Assembly: GCA_032718475.1 (NCBI GenBank)
Contig: JAUCBJ010008829.1
Span: 102,464-166,463 of the forward strand
Direction of reading: 5' to 3'
DNA: 64,000 nucleotides
DNA from: Nemertoderma westbladi
Taxonomy: Eukaryota > Animalia > Xenacoelomorpha
The notes beneath the pieces are model-generated. The model was not told the origin of the DNA and did not search any database. It saw only the letters and a program-made list of their open reading frames with translations. Shown here piece by piece: positions 21,430 through 33,000 of this stretch (position 1 is its first letter; every line of letters begins with the position of its first letter). A program made the position numbers and the translations under genes.

Positions 21430-23898
21430 ATGTCTGACACAACCCAAACACTGTCAGATAGTCTCTTAGAAAGTGCTAGAATGAGTGTTAGACAGGGTCT
21501 TAAAAAGATCTGGGACTCAGCTAAGAGTATAGAACGTCTGAGACCAAAGTCCAAGTCCCCTCCTACTGTAAGCAAGGTCATCCCTACAGTAGTAGTGTCA
21601 GACCCTAGGCTAGTAGAACAACGTAAGTCTATCCACGGCACTCAGTCCCAAATCGAGCGGGATCAAGAAGCAGCTGTCAAACAGCAGCAACATCCTAGCC
21701 AAGAACCTAGTTCTCAGCGGCCCGATAGCTCCAGTAGTTCGGATACTGTTGAGCGGATGCCCGAACGCGGAGCGAAGATGGCGGATACGGTTTATGATGA
21801 GCGGCCAACCTTTGAAGAATCAACCGACGCCACTTCTTCTCAAGTGGAAAGCAAAGTGGAAAGCGAAGTGGAAAGCGAAGTGGAAAGCGAAGTGGAAAGC
21901 GAAGTGGAAAGCGAAGTGGAAAGCGAATTAACAGCAGCAGAGAAGCCGCGAACTAGAGATGCCATTGACATCTATCTGTCAGACTATCAACGTTTTGTCG
22001 GAGACGAAGAGTTGAGGAGACGGCTAGATGGACTTAGCCCTAATAGTGAGGGTGCCAAGCTTGTTTTGGACGCAATCGATGTGGATAGGATAGCTGCGAA
22101 CCAAGCTAAATTTGAGGAACAACTCCGCATCACTAGAGCCCAAGAGGAGCAAGTAAAGAAAAGACGAATAGAAGATCGAAAAGCAGCAGCAGTGGCAGCG
22201 GCAGAAGCAGAAAAAAGGGCAGTGGAGGCAGAGGCAGAAAGAAAGGCTGCAGCGGCAGAAGCAGAAAGAAAAGCGGCAGAAGCAGAAAGAAAGGCAGCAG
22301 AGGCAGAGGCAGAAAGAAAGGCTGCAGTGTCAGAGGCAGAAAGAAAATCGGCAGAAGCAGAAAGAAAGGCAGCAGAGGCAGAGGCAGAAAGAAAGGCTGC
22401 AATGGCAGAGGCAGAAAGAAAATTGGCAGAAGCGGAACGGAGAGTGTCTGAAGAAATCACTCAACTAGAATTGGAAAAGATTCAGGAAAGTCAATTGAGT
22501 ATAAATAGACAGTTAACAGCCAGTAATATGCAGATGATGAATCGGTCTACTCCCAAGCGACAGGGATTTACCTCCTCTGATGAAGGCGACACCACTGATC
22601 CTGAAGGCGGAGGACATAGATCTCGTCTAAGTAGACGTAAAAGAACGTCTCCCCGTCAGAAATTGCCTGATTTGCCTCCAGCTGTTAGAAAACAGCTAGC
22701 TAGCACCGCCGTAGCGATTACAGAACACACAGACCGAATTGTTACTGTAAGTAGACTCCCTACTATAACAGATGAGCCTGAAATAATTAGGCCTGTTCTC
22801 GAAGCCACCACTTCGGTGCTAGAGACACCTGTATTCCAGGGAGCAACCTCCAAATTCCCTTTACACAGCACGAAACTATCTGTGCCTAGTAGAACAGCCC
22901 CTGAAATGGTTCCTGTCATGGACTCCGAGCGAATGGATTGGTCGCCCGTAGTTCCTCGCCCGCCCGCCACAACGTTTGCGACTCCTGCTTCGGCGGTCGA
23001 GTGGGTGGAGGAGGGACGGAGGGGGATGAATGTCCTGCTCGGACAGATGCAGGAGACGGTCCACCAGTTCAAGGGAACAGTCAGGGAAAGTAGGTTAGAG
23101 CTGCAAGAAGTGCAGCAAAGTATCGCGCTAGAACGCGATAAATTAGTAAATGTAAAAAGGGGCATACCAACACCCCCTGTAACAATGTGTCAACCTGTTT
23201 GGCCTGAAGTATTTCATGCGCAAGGTGTGGAGCCTACACGCATCTATACTGCTAGCGAAGTAGAAACTCCTATAGCAAACCCTATTAAGGGTGATTATAA
23301 ACCTGTTTGTAATGATATTCCCTATAGACCTGATAATAATCCGAGAAATTTATATACCGATAATTCGATATTAAATAACACGATGGCCCAAGAAAGTTTT
23401 ACGCGTCAGATGGCTAGAACAGAAGCCCGCCAAGCGGTCAAAGTGGGAGAAATCGTCAAATTCAATGGAGATGAGATGAAATGGTTACCGTTTAATGAAT
23501 ATTACGAAGATAGCATACAGAACTCTGTACTATCTAGCGGAGAGAAACTGAGATTCCTCATCAAATGTTTGGAAGGACCTCCCAAGTTAATGGCGTTGAA
23601 GTTTATTGGACATCCAAATGGATTAAGACAAGTTTGGGATACATTAAACACCAGGTATGGTAATAAGGATAACATAGCTAAGTATTTGTATGCAAAACTA
23701 GTAGCCCCCCGAAAGTTCCTTAGTAACGAGATTATAGAGTTTTCCGATGAGATTCAAGAGATCTGCCGACAATTGGATTGGTTAGGTAAGTCTCATGAAT
23801 ATCAGAGTTCTATGGTTATTGGAGCCATAGTCTCTACTTTACCAAAGGGTGGAGTATGTACTCGCTGGGACAAGAAAGTGTTGTATATGACAAGATGA
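21430..23898 (+). CDS. gag: B2 gag, truncated before the zinc knuckles (822 aa)
   Basis: Homologous to B3 gag, with Pao gag core KFNGDEMKW...EKLRFLIKCL and VESE and AEAERKA repeats. Homology to B3 stops at about 23890. Confidence 0.85.
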   Translation: MSDTTQTLSDSLLESARMSVRQGLKKIWDSAKSIERLRPKSKSPPTVSKVIPTVVVSDPRLVEQRKSIHGTQSQIERDQEAAVKQQQHPSQEPSSQRPDSSSSSDTVERMPERGAKMADTVYDERPTFEESTDATSSQVESKVESEVESEVESEVESEVESEVESELTAAEKPRTRDAIDIYLSDYQRFVGDEELRRRLDGLSPNSEGAKLVLDAIDVDRIAANQAKFEEQLRITRAQEEQVKKRRIEDRKAAAVAAAEAEKRAVEAEAERKAAAAEAERKAAEAERKAAEAEAERKAAVSEAERKSAEAERKAAEAEAERKAAMAEAERKLAEAERRVSEEITQLELEKIQESQLSINRQLTASNMQMMNRSTPKRQGFTSSDEGDTTDPEGGGHRSRLSRRKRTSPRQKLPDLPPAVRKQLASTAVAITEHTDRIVTVSRLPTITDEPEIIRPVLEATTSVLETPVFQGATSKFPLHSTKLSVPSRTAPEMVPVMDSERMDWSPVVPRPPATTFATPASAVEWVEEGRRGMNVLLGQMQETVHQFKGTVRESRLELQEVQQSIALERDKLVNVKRGIPTPPVTMCQPVWPEVFHAQGVEPTRIYTASEVETPIANPIKGDYKPVCNDIPYRPDNNPRNLYTDNSILNNTMAQESFTRQMARTEARQAVKVGEIVKFNGDEMKWLPFNEYYEDSIQNSVLSSGEKLRFLIKCLEGPPKLMALKFIGHPNGLRQVWDTLNTRYGNKDNIAKYLYAKLVAPRKFLSNEIIEFSDEIQEICRQLDWLGKSHEYQSSMVIGAIVSTLPKGGVCTRWDKKVLYMTR

Positions 23899-26800
23899 TT
23901 CCTTTCAAAACCATAGCGCTAACCTACTTCGGGAGATGTTAGATAAGTGGGAGAGTGTGGCTGATTACCATATTCAAGCGCAGATGCGTTGGTTACCATT
24001 TAAAGCGGGATATGGGTTTTGGGCGGTAGACCCATCGCATGTTGCGTACGAGCCATATCTACAATCGCTACCACAATATCAGGAACTCATCCTAACTGCT
24101 CAAGACCTTCCACAGAACACTGGAGTTATCGTAGTCCGAGAATACTTCAGACAATTGAATATGGACAATAAGTACACCTGGAACTTCGTTGCTATTTGCG
24201 ATCGCATCACGAAGGGTGTATTTACGGAGACTAGAAAAGTGGTACGCGCGCGAGGTGATTGGAGGATGGCGGCTATTCAATACCGCAACGAATTCTTGTT
24301 GACTCATGTGCCAGTGGGTTCATTGACCGCTGAGAGGATACAGGAGCAAAGGATCGCAGCAACCACAGCGACGACCGCTGGAGCTCAAGGCTCGCGGAAG
24401 GAACCAGGAGGAGGGGTCCAAGACAAGCGTCAAGTCAAGGACGATCACTATCATTCTATTATAGAAGCACAAAGATTGCAGCGCAAGGCGCAGGGAGCGT
24501 CTGAAAAAGCGCGAGTGCAACTGCAGAAGGAAGAGTTGGCGGAAGCGACCACGGGAGCACGACAATTGGGACGAGGCCGAGGGAGAAGTTCGAGCCGGGA
24601 ATCTGTTTCCGGTTCCGGGGAGTGACGCCTCACGGACGCCGTCAACGGAGTCAACTAGAGGACGATTGGTGTATCTGGGAAGAGGGCGAAAGAGAGGAGC
24701 GAGCCCAAAGAGCCCAGGAGCGGGTCAGTAATGCATCGTATCACGGGGCGACAGACTCTAGATATATACATCATCGTCGCTCTGATGTATATTGTAGCAT
24801 TTGGAAATCTTCGACTAGACTCATATACTCTAGTTGAGTTATTTTGAATTTATATTATGAGAGAGGCGAAGGAAGTGATTGGGGAGACAAACCTGCGGGT
24901 TTGGCTTACTCCTTTCGCTTGCCCTAGCAAAATTTTTTATATATTTGATTTGTATGTAGTAATCATTATGTAGTAAGAACGAACGAGAAACAATATTTTG
25001 TAAATTTAATTTGTATGTAATAATCGTTAAACAATGAGAGAGATAATATTTTGTAAATTTAATTTGTATGTAATTCATTATGCAATATGTCTATGGCAAT
25101 ATTTGTAAATAGTAGGATTTATAGTATCAAGTATTTAGATTATTTGGAAGAAATTTATTTGTTTGTGTACATCACCTTATACTCTTCTACAATTGGAGGG
25201 AAACATTGTATGATTTCCCTTGGAGCGGTGTTACGGTATATGGCGCTGTATCCACATTATTAGTTATTATGCAGTATGCAATATTAGTCGTTATACTGTA
25301 CGTAATATTAGTCCGTTGTGCAGCATAATATTTTAGATAAGGCATAATAACGCAACGATATTTAGATAGGGAAATCGAAACACCCATATATTTGAATCCA
25401 TCCATTTTGTATAAGTATGTAGCCCTACCTACGTAATTTTGTATTAGGATATATGTAGATAATCCCAGGGTAGCAAGTTTATTCGGACCCTGGATTTTTG
25501 TGCTTGCTGATATTAGCATCAATAGGGCTAGCATATAGGGACGCTGTCCTGGCCATTCAGCAGCCAGGGACGTGAACCATTACCATATATGGTAATAATT
25601 CGAGGTTTGGGCAAGCAATAAGGCTACAATCCGGCCTCCTTATTGGACTAACTGCTTCCAGGTTGGTCTAATGCTAGCACAAACTGGAGAGCCAATAGGA
25701 GAGCGATTGAGTCACCCTATTGCATCACCCCATCCGGATCACCTATAAATTGGCGGTGTGCCGGTAGAGCCTCATCTGTTAATTCTGTTATTCGTCACAT
25801 GATCTGCTATCACCTTTGTACTTGCTGAGCTGTCCCTATTTATTTTTTGACGGATATTTTAGCGTATTTTCTGCAATTTGCTAATTTTGATTAGTTTCTT
25901 GAAATGATTTGCTAGTGCGATTACTCTTGATTGTGTTTCTCAATTAATTCCTTCGATTACTGCTAAACACAACTGAACTATGATTTCTACCTTTTGATTA
26001 ATGGTTCTATGTGATTCTTTTCTGCGCAATAATCCTAAGGGATTTCTGAGACTGTCAGACTTTGTGATTTGCATGCGCCGCTATGGTAGCTATTAGCATA
26101 ATGGAGGGCTAAGGCGCCAGTGGGCGGTGGGCACATCGGGGGGGTTAGCGACGAAGGGAGAGCGGAGGATTCAAAAGCGGGCAACGCTGGCGGGAGGTCA
26201 CCGTTGCGGTCGGGTAGTTAACGCTGTGGTATGCAGACCAATCGCTGGTACAGTAATTAGGGGGCTGATGATCCAGGTTTCGTCTCTATTTAGTATTAGG
26301 GGGGCAGGAATCAGGAGAGTTAGGAGTCCTATATGTACCCGGGAGAGGCCTGCACGTATCACAACGTTGAGTGTGGAGTACGAGTAGTGAATCGCACAAT
26401 TGTGGGCTATACAGTAGTTAACTGCACAATTGTGAACTGTGATTTCTAACGCTGATTGGTGTGTTACTGAAGTGTGCCTATGATTGTGAATGTTTAGGTA
26501 GGCGCTCTTTTCTCTTTGATTGATTTCTATTTCTTAGTTACAACAATTAGTTACTGATTAGGTCAAAGTAATACGGCAATTTAGGCTATTACTAGCGAAA
26601 CCTGTTGCGTGATAAATTAGAATTACGTATTCTGGAACTCTTAGTAATTAGTACGCTGTTAAATATTTGTGACTGTAATTGATTAGTAAAAATTAAGAAT
26701 TAGTACGCAGCATAGCGGAGAGTAGCTAAGGTAATAATTAGAGTACTGTAAACTATTCACGCTGAGCGGTTATTTGCATTAGCGGGCAATCAGCTAGAAC

Positions 26801-27429
26801 GCACTATTCGGCACACACGAAACGCTAGTAATTTGCTGGCCTAAAGCCAGCTGCAGGCAAGTTTAGACCCAGAGCGGTACTATCCACGAGAGACAAATAC
26901 TGTACCATTTTGATATTTAAATATTCTCGCATTCACACATTACGTTAGGGAACCCCCAGTATTCGCGATTAGAAAAGACGTAGGCAATAGCGTGCTTTAA
27001 TAGTGATAAATTTAGGCGTAGGAATACTCTGAGTGCAAAGCCTCTCGCACTCATCTTAAGTAAGCTTAGGGAGCCGACTCGGGTTTATTGTTTTGGTTAT
27101 TCCCGCGTGGCTCATAGATTCGAACAGTTAGCTCTCTGTCGAGCGATCGGTAGAGAAAGGAACAAGCGATTTTGCAGGAGCTGTGTAAAATTAGTAAAAT
27201 ATATTAGCGGACGGCAGATTAGCGCCATCTAGCGGTAAGTAGCGGTTTTGTATTTAGCAACCTTTACAATTTAGTAATATCACGCTCCTGGTCCCCTTTA
27301 CTTAACAGTAGAGCAGTCTTTGTGTCTTATTGGTTAGGCGAGAGCTCATTAGGTTGGCAGAAGGATATTAACGGGTATTGGTCTGTTCAACAGTTCTGCT
27401 GTTAGTATAGAGGTCGCGGTTGTTTATCA
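23891..27429 (+). mobile_element. Fragment X: 3' ORF, PPT, LTR start and C-family 5' leader, embedded in B2
   Basis: GGAGCGG followed by TGTTACGG at 25229 (same PPT-LTR junction as at 10877), CCAAT motifs and TATAAA near 25744. About 26960-27425 is homologous to the element C leader. LTR end uncertain (CGTATCA near 26361 or CAACA near 26545). Confidence 0.65.
23936..24625 (+). CDS. C-terminal part of an unknown 3' accessory ORF of fragment X
   Basis: 229-aa frame open back to the 23891 junction, with a basic C-terminus (GRGRGRSSSR). It lies about 600 bp upstream of the PPT/LTR. No domain recognised. Confidence 0.5.
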   Translation: MLDKWESVADYHIQAQMRWLPFKAGYGFWAVDPSHVAYEPYLQSLPQYQELILTAQDLPQNTGVIVVREYFRQLNMDNKYTWNFVAICDRITKGVFTETRKVVRARGDWRMAAIQYRNEFLLTHVPVGSLTAERIQEQRIAATTATTAGAQGSRKEPGGGVQDKRQVKDDHYHSIIEAQRLQRKAQGASEKARVQLQKEELAEATTGARQLGRGRGRSSSRESVSGSGE

Positions 27430-30021
27430 CCTTCCATCGGTAGAAGAAGCCATTGATGTCGTGAAAGGAACGGTAGAGTGTTTGAAAAGAGGTGGATTTC
27501 GACTGACGAAATTCACCAGCAACTCCCGTGAGTTTCTGGAAGCGATACCGGTAGAAGACCGAGGAACGAAGGATCTCGACCTAATAAAAGACGATCTTCC
27601 AGAAACCAAGACGCTTGGCTTGAAGTGGGACACGGAGAGAGATATCCTGTTTTTTCAGCTAAAACAGCGAGAGAATCCAGTTCGGACCAAACGGATTTGT
27701 CTAAGTATCCTGAGCACTTATTTCGACCCATTGGGATTTATTAGCCCAGTCATATTGATTGCTCGGAGTTTAGTACAACAAATGTGGCTTGAAAACCACT
27801 CATGGGACGATCCACTTACGGGAGAACTGTTAAAGAAATGGATGAAATGGGAAGATTCTCTACCTGCCATCGAGAGTTTTATAATTTCCCGTTCATATTT
27901 TGGTCATGTTCTCCCTACGTATTCCTATCAACTCCATGTGTTTGGAGACGCTAGCGATATGGGAATAGGAATAGTAGCATACCTTCGAGTCGAAACCCCG
28001 GATGGAATCAAAGTCGCCTTGGTTACCTCTAAGGCATTGATTAACAACAAGTTGAAGGTTCCTCGAGCGGAGTTAAAAGCGGCTCTCTACGCTACAGCCA
28101 TCGGACGGAATGTCACGGAACAGATCGATTATCCACTGGAGAAAACTGTTTATTGGACTGACGCTTTGCTCGTGTTGGAGTATATAACCAATGAAGTCTG
28201 TCAGTTCAGCGTCTTTGTTACCAACAGAGTGGCCATTATCCTTAGTCGAACAACGATAGATCAATGGAGACACTGCCCTGGTACGATTAATCCAGCCGAC
28301 ATCGCCTCCAGAGGAGCAACTCCACAGGAACTGATAGATACTCCAGACTGGTTGGGTGGACCCGACTTCCTGAGCAAGGAAGAAGATGAATGGCCTCCTC
28401 ACCTTACTACAGCGGAGATCAGACAAGCCAAGGGAGCGGAAAAGGTCAAACCTAAAACCCGAGCGAGCAAATCGAAGTTATTTAAACCGACGATCGATCT
28501 ATCTGTATTACATGCTTCCGGAAATGATGCTTCGGATCCACAATCCCTCGTCACAAACAAGTCTGTTGTGGAAATTAAGGATAGAGATTGGAAATCTGGA
28601 ATACCAGACGTCTCGCAAGGAATCTCACCCCTGCTGCAGCGAGCAATACATCATTACAGTTCCTGGAATCGGCTCTGTAAGGCCGTCGCATATTTAAAGC
28701 GATGTTTTCATCATCGTTATTCCAGGACGAAGACCACTAATGATACTGCTCCATTAACATCGGTCCAAGTTCATGTTATTAAAGATTTACCTAAGTATAA
28801 AATATCCGATCGGTTTCTAAAAGAAAAGATCAGTTACCAGGAGCATGAAGAAGCCAATAAACAAATACTGCGACTCCTGCAATGCTACGAGGATTCCGAT
28901 AAGTATTTCCTGTTGTTAAGAAATCCACAGATGCGCTTAAGGGATCGCTTCTCTAGCACAATGATAGATGGATTAATACGTGTTGGAGGAAGGCTGACTA
29001 ATGCGCCATTATCCTTTGACACTAAATTCCCCATACTCATTAGAAATCTTGAAGTACAAATCAAGATGATTGTAGATGTTCACAGTAAACTTTATCATGC
29101 TGGTAGAGAACGAGTTCTTAGCGAAATTCGAACTCGCTATTATTTCTATAAACCCCGTAGAGCTCTGAACCAAGTTCTTAGGAACTGCATACCCTGTAGG
29201 AAAGCATTCAGTAGGCCTTTAACACAGCGAGAGGCAGAATTACCTAGGGAACGAGTAAGCTTTTATGAACCACCCTTCACTAATACTGGTGTGGATTTAT
29301 TTGGCCCTATTGAAGTATATCGTGCTAGGACTATAGTCAAGAGATGGTGTGTCATCTTCGTATGCATGACTTGTAGAGCCATCCATCTTGATATGGTGAA
29401 CGATCTATCTACTAACAGCTTTGTCTTAAGTTTACGACGACAGATCGCTCGCTTCGGAACTAGTAATACCATGCGATCGGACAAGGGAACGAACTTCATT
29501 GGTGCCAACAACGAAATCCAGGCTTACGTGAGGGACTGGAACCAAAGACAGGTGGACGATCAGCTAAGAATAACCGCGTCTAGCTGGACCTTCAACGCCG
29601 CCGACGCCCCTTGGTGGGGAGGAAGTTGGGAGAGATTAATCAGAAGTGTTAAGACCGCATTTCACTTTATAGTGCCGTGCCGTGCGTATCTCACCGACGA
29701 ACTTTTGCGGACGTTAATGGAGGAAATCGCTGCCTATCTCAACGAGAGACCGCTTATGCCAGTCTCATCGAGTCCCGATTCCCTGGAAGCGCTAACACCC
29801 GCGCACTTCCTACTAAAGAAACCTGTAGCCATGCTCCCACGATCAGAGATCGCCGACGGAGACGAATATTGCCGTCGAACTTGGCAACTTATGCAGTTGC
29901 TATCCCGTCGTTTCGCTGACCATTTTGAGAAGCATTATCTGCCCACGCTACAACTTCGAACTAAGTGGTTTGCGCAGCAAGAAAATGTCAGCGCCGGAGA
30001 CATGGTGCTTATTGTGGATCC
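27430..30021 (+). pseudogene. pol: B2 pol 3' half (end of RT, RNase H, integrase); no internal stops, both ends broken
   Basis: ORF 27461-30088 is near-identical to B1/B3 pol. Homology ends at MVLIVDP, where the B3 LTR begins. Confidence 0.92.
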
Positions 30022-33000
30022 TGTAAAAGCTTCTGTGGGATATAACTGGCCCCTTTGCTTCGCAATCCAGTTTCCCCCTAGGCGCTGAAATACTCTAAAG
30101 GGGTTCTCTAACTGTATATATATTCCCCTTGCCCGCAAGGTACCGTTACAGGTGTTTTTAACGGACATAAAAGTCATTCTTCTATATACGTGTTTTAGCG
30201 GACATGGTAAGGCAAAAAACCCGCAATACGGCAATACTTTTACACAGCTTAGCCGTGATGATTCAGATTACGACATCTAACAGCTGGTTGCTTAAATGGA
30301 AACAGCCATTGGACGCATGGTTCTTTGTTTGGCTTCAGCCAATCAGAGCGATTCTCTCTGTCGATGTGGAGCTTTGAGACGATGATACTGGGATTCTTCA
30401 GTCTTACAGTTTTTTACTGATACTTTGTTGTTATTGCTGTCTAAGCCAGAAACACCGGCTCTAGAGTTAATTGTTTTCATACTTTAGAAGAAACATTAGT
30501 AGGCTTAAGATTATAGAGCGTATGACTGTTATCAATTCAACTCAAGTCAATTCATATATCACATATCGGTTCATATCAGTACATTGTCATATCATATCTT
30601 AACCTACCGTCTTAATGTTTTTACTGTTGTCATATTTTATATCAGTTGATTGAATATTATCTGGAGAACATTTATAAAGAACCCAAATTTCCCAATTTTC
30701 TTGATACACTACAGGTTAGAAAGACGGGTTATATATAGCGATTGCGACTTATATTATTGTGGTGTGTATTGAATTTAATGCTATTTGATATGCACTACAT
30801 TGGTCTGTTGCTATTTTCTTTATATATGATAAAATTCATTGACGGTCGGCAAGTTAGTGAGCAGTATTGTGTGTTACCGGTAGCGTGCATGATTGTGGCT
30901 GATAACTAAGCATTTCCTAAAGAATACGCCTCATACGTGAATCATAAGCCTTACCGACTTACCGTTGTGATTAGTGTAAGTCATATCTCTGTCTATCTAG
31001 ATAGAGCGCCACGTCCTAAAGGAACTGTTAATATTTCCCGAAAGTGAATAATATTAGTCAGAAATTATTTATTAACGATAAATCGAATAATACAATACAG
31101 TAAGCTTCACTGCAATAATAATCTAAGCCGACAGAATCCAGTCTCCCGGGATTATCCAGCGGGTGAATGGACGCGCACTGGGCTGGCTTCTGCTAATGTT
31201 GTGTTTATTGGTATTAAATATTGTCATCTTCTAGAGTCGATTTATAAACCAAAAGACATATAAATTTTGGCAGGTTAAACTGCTAAAGGTCTTCCAAAAG
31301 CGCGTACAATAACAGTCATTGACTTTATTGCAGTAAGCAATAAAGTTGAAAGTACCGATCGACCGGTAAACCTGAACCGGTACTTCTGTAGGTCAGTAGG
31401 CCCAACTGCCAGAACCGGTACTGCTGTAGGTCCGTAGGTCCAACTGCCAGAACCGGCACTTCTGTAGGTCCGTAGGCCCAACTGTCCTAACCGGTACTTC
31501 CAGTATAAGTACATTAGTATTATTCGATTTTGATTATAGTATACCGGTAGGTCTTAGTATTTAATCAGGGAACGGCCGCCCTGGTTTTTATTGAGATTTT
31601 ACTTATTTCTGTCGGTTTTATTTCCTAGTAAGTAAATATTGAGCTGAAGACGTGTAAGTCTGCTCAGATTGTTCAGATAACTGTAGGCCAGACTGTTGTC
31701 GGATTGTTGTTGGGTTTGGAGAAATTACGGCGTGTGTGGAGTTTGTCCGATAGAGTGCCAGTTAGTAAGTTGGGGCAACTTGAGTGTAAGGTCAACCCCC
31801 TCTTAAAGAATAAGTCGTACTACCGTGTTAGAACGCATACTAACTAACAATTTTGGAATCTGCACATACTGTAGTTTATTTAGGCTTGACAGTATTCTGC
31901 CAGCGTTTTGGCTTGTGTTTGTTTGTGTGATCTGTTCAGGTACCGTAATAGTTATTACTCAGATATTTTGTAGGCTGGATTGTTGTCTAGCTATTATTAG
32001 GTCTGAAGAGATTGCTGCTTGTGTAGAGTTTGTCTGATAAAGTGCCAGTTAGTAAGTTGGGGCAGTCATAACTGTAAGGTCAATCCCCTCTTAAAGAATA
32101 AGTCGTACTACCGTGTTAGAACGCATACTAACTAACCGTTTTGGAATCTGCACATACAGTAGTTTATTTAGGCTTGGTGGTAGTCTGCCAGCGTTTGGTT
32201 TGTATTTTGTTTGAGTATTCTGTACGGGTAGCGTAATATTTATTATTCAGAGTTTATGCGATTATTCGCAACATTCATGTCCCCAAGTTTATTCCTACAG
32301 TAATTGTGTTTGTTACACATACCGTTATAGTTAAATTAACCTCGGTACTACACGGGCTGCTTGGCGTAGGACAAGACTGGTGACTTTGTGCTTCGGTCAC
32401 TCCAGCAGATGCCGTGGTTCTTTTAACTGTTCAAGTATATTTAACTGCTGATTATTTGTTATACCAGTACTTGTACCTAATTTAGGGTTTAGTGTACAGT
32501 GCTTTCCGAAGTAATTAGTGTGTAGGCAGTATATTTGTGTTGTAAAGTGGTTAATAGGCACGCTGGATCTGGTAGTCCGCGGTAATTAACTTCTAGGTAG
32601 GAACAATCCGTGATACATAACGTAGTACCTATAGCGATACGGTTATAGGTCGTCAGGCGGTGGTATTTTCCTATCTGGACAGTACAGTATATTTACTACT
32701 ACTTATTATTTTCAAATACCGTAGTACCCTGTCCATTGTAATAACCAGAATTCTAACCCTTTGTTAGGCTGGTTTGTAGACTTCCTGTAAAATTACCCTA
32801 AAAAATTCGTACGTAATATTTTTGTTGTGTTTAACTAGAGATTTAATCTCACCCGTATCGTAAGTAATTTGTAGTATTAAGTAACTTAGGTAAATTAGAA
32901 TTATCAGTTTTAGTGTCCCATAAATAGCACTTCACTGAGAGCGCACAGCTTCTGTGTAGTGACCCCCCAGAAATAATAACATTTATTTCAAATATTGACA

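Larger units (their letters stand above)
18070..30021 (+). mobile_element. BEL/Pao copy B2 (5' LTR, leader, gag, foreign insert, pol 3' half; cut by B3)
   Basis: Collinear with B3, except that the segment equivalent to B3 about 36357-38781 is replaced by 23891-27429. That the two halves belong to one copy is an inference. Confidence 0.8.

Noticed and set aside
26546-26556. Self-complementary PBS for fragment X (ATTAGTTACTG versus CAGTAATTAG near 26250)
   Set aside because: It needs two G.U pairs, the LTR end is undefined, and there is no second copy to test covariation.
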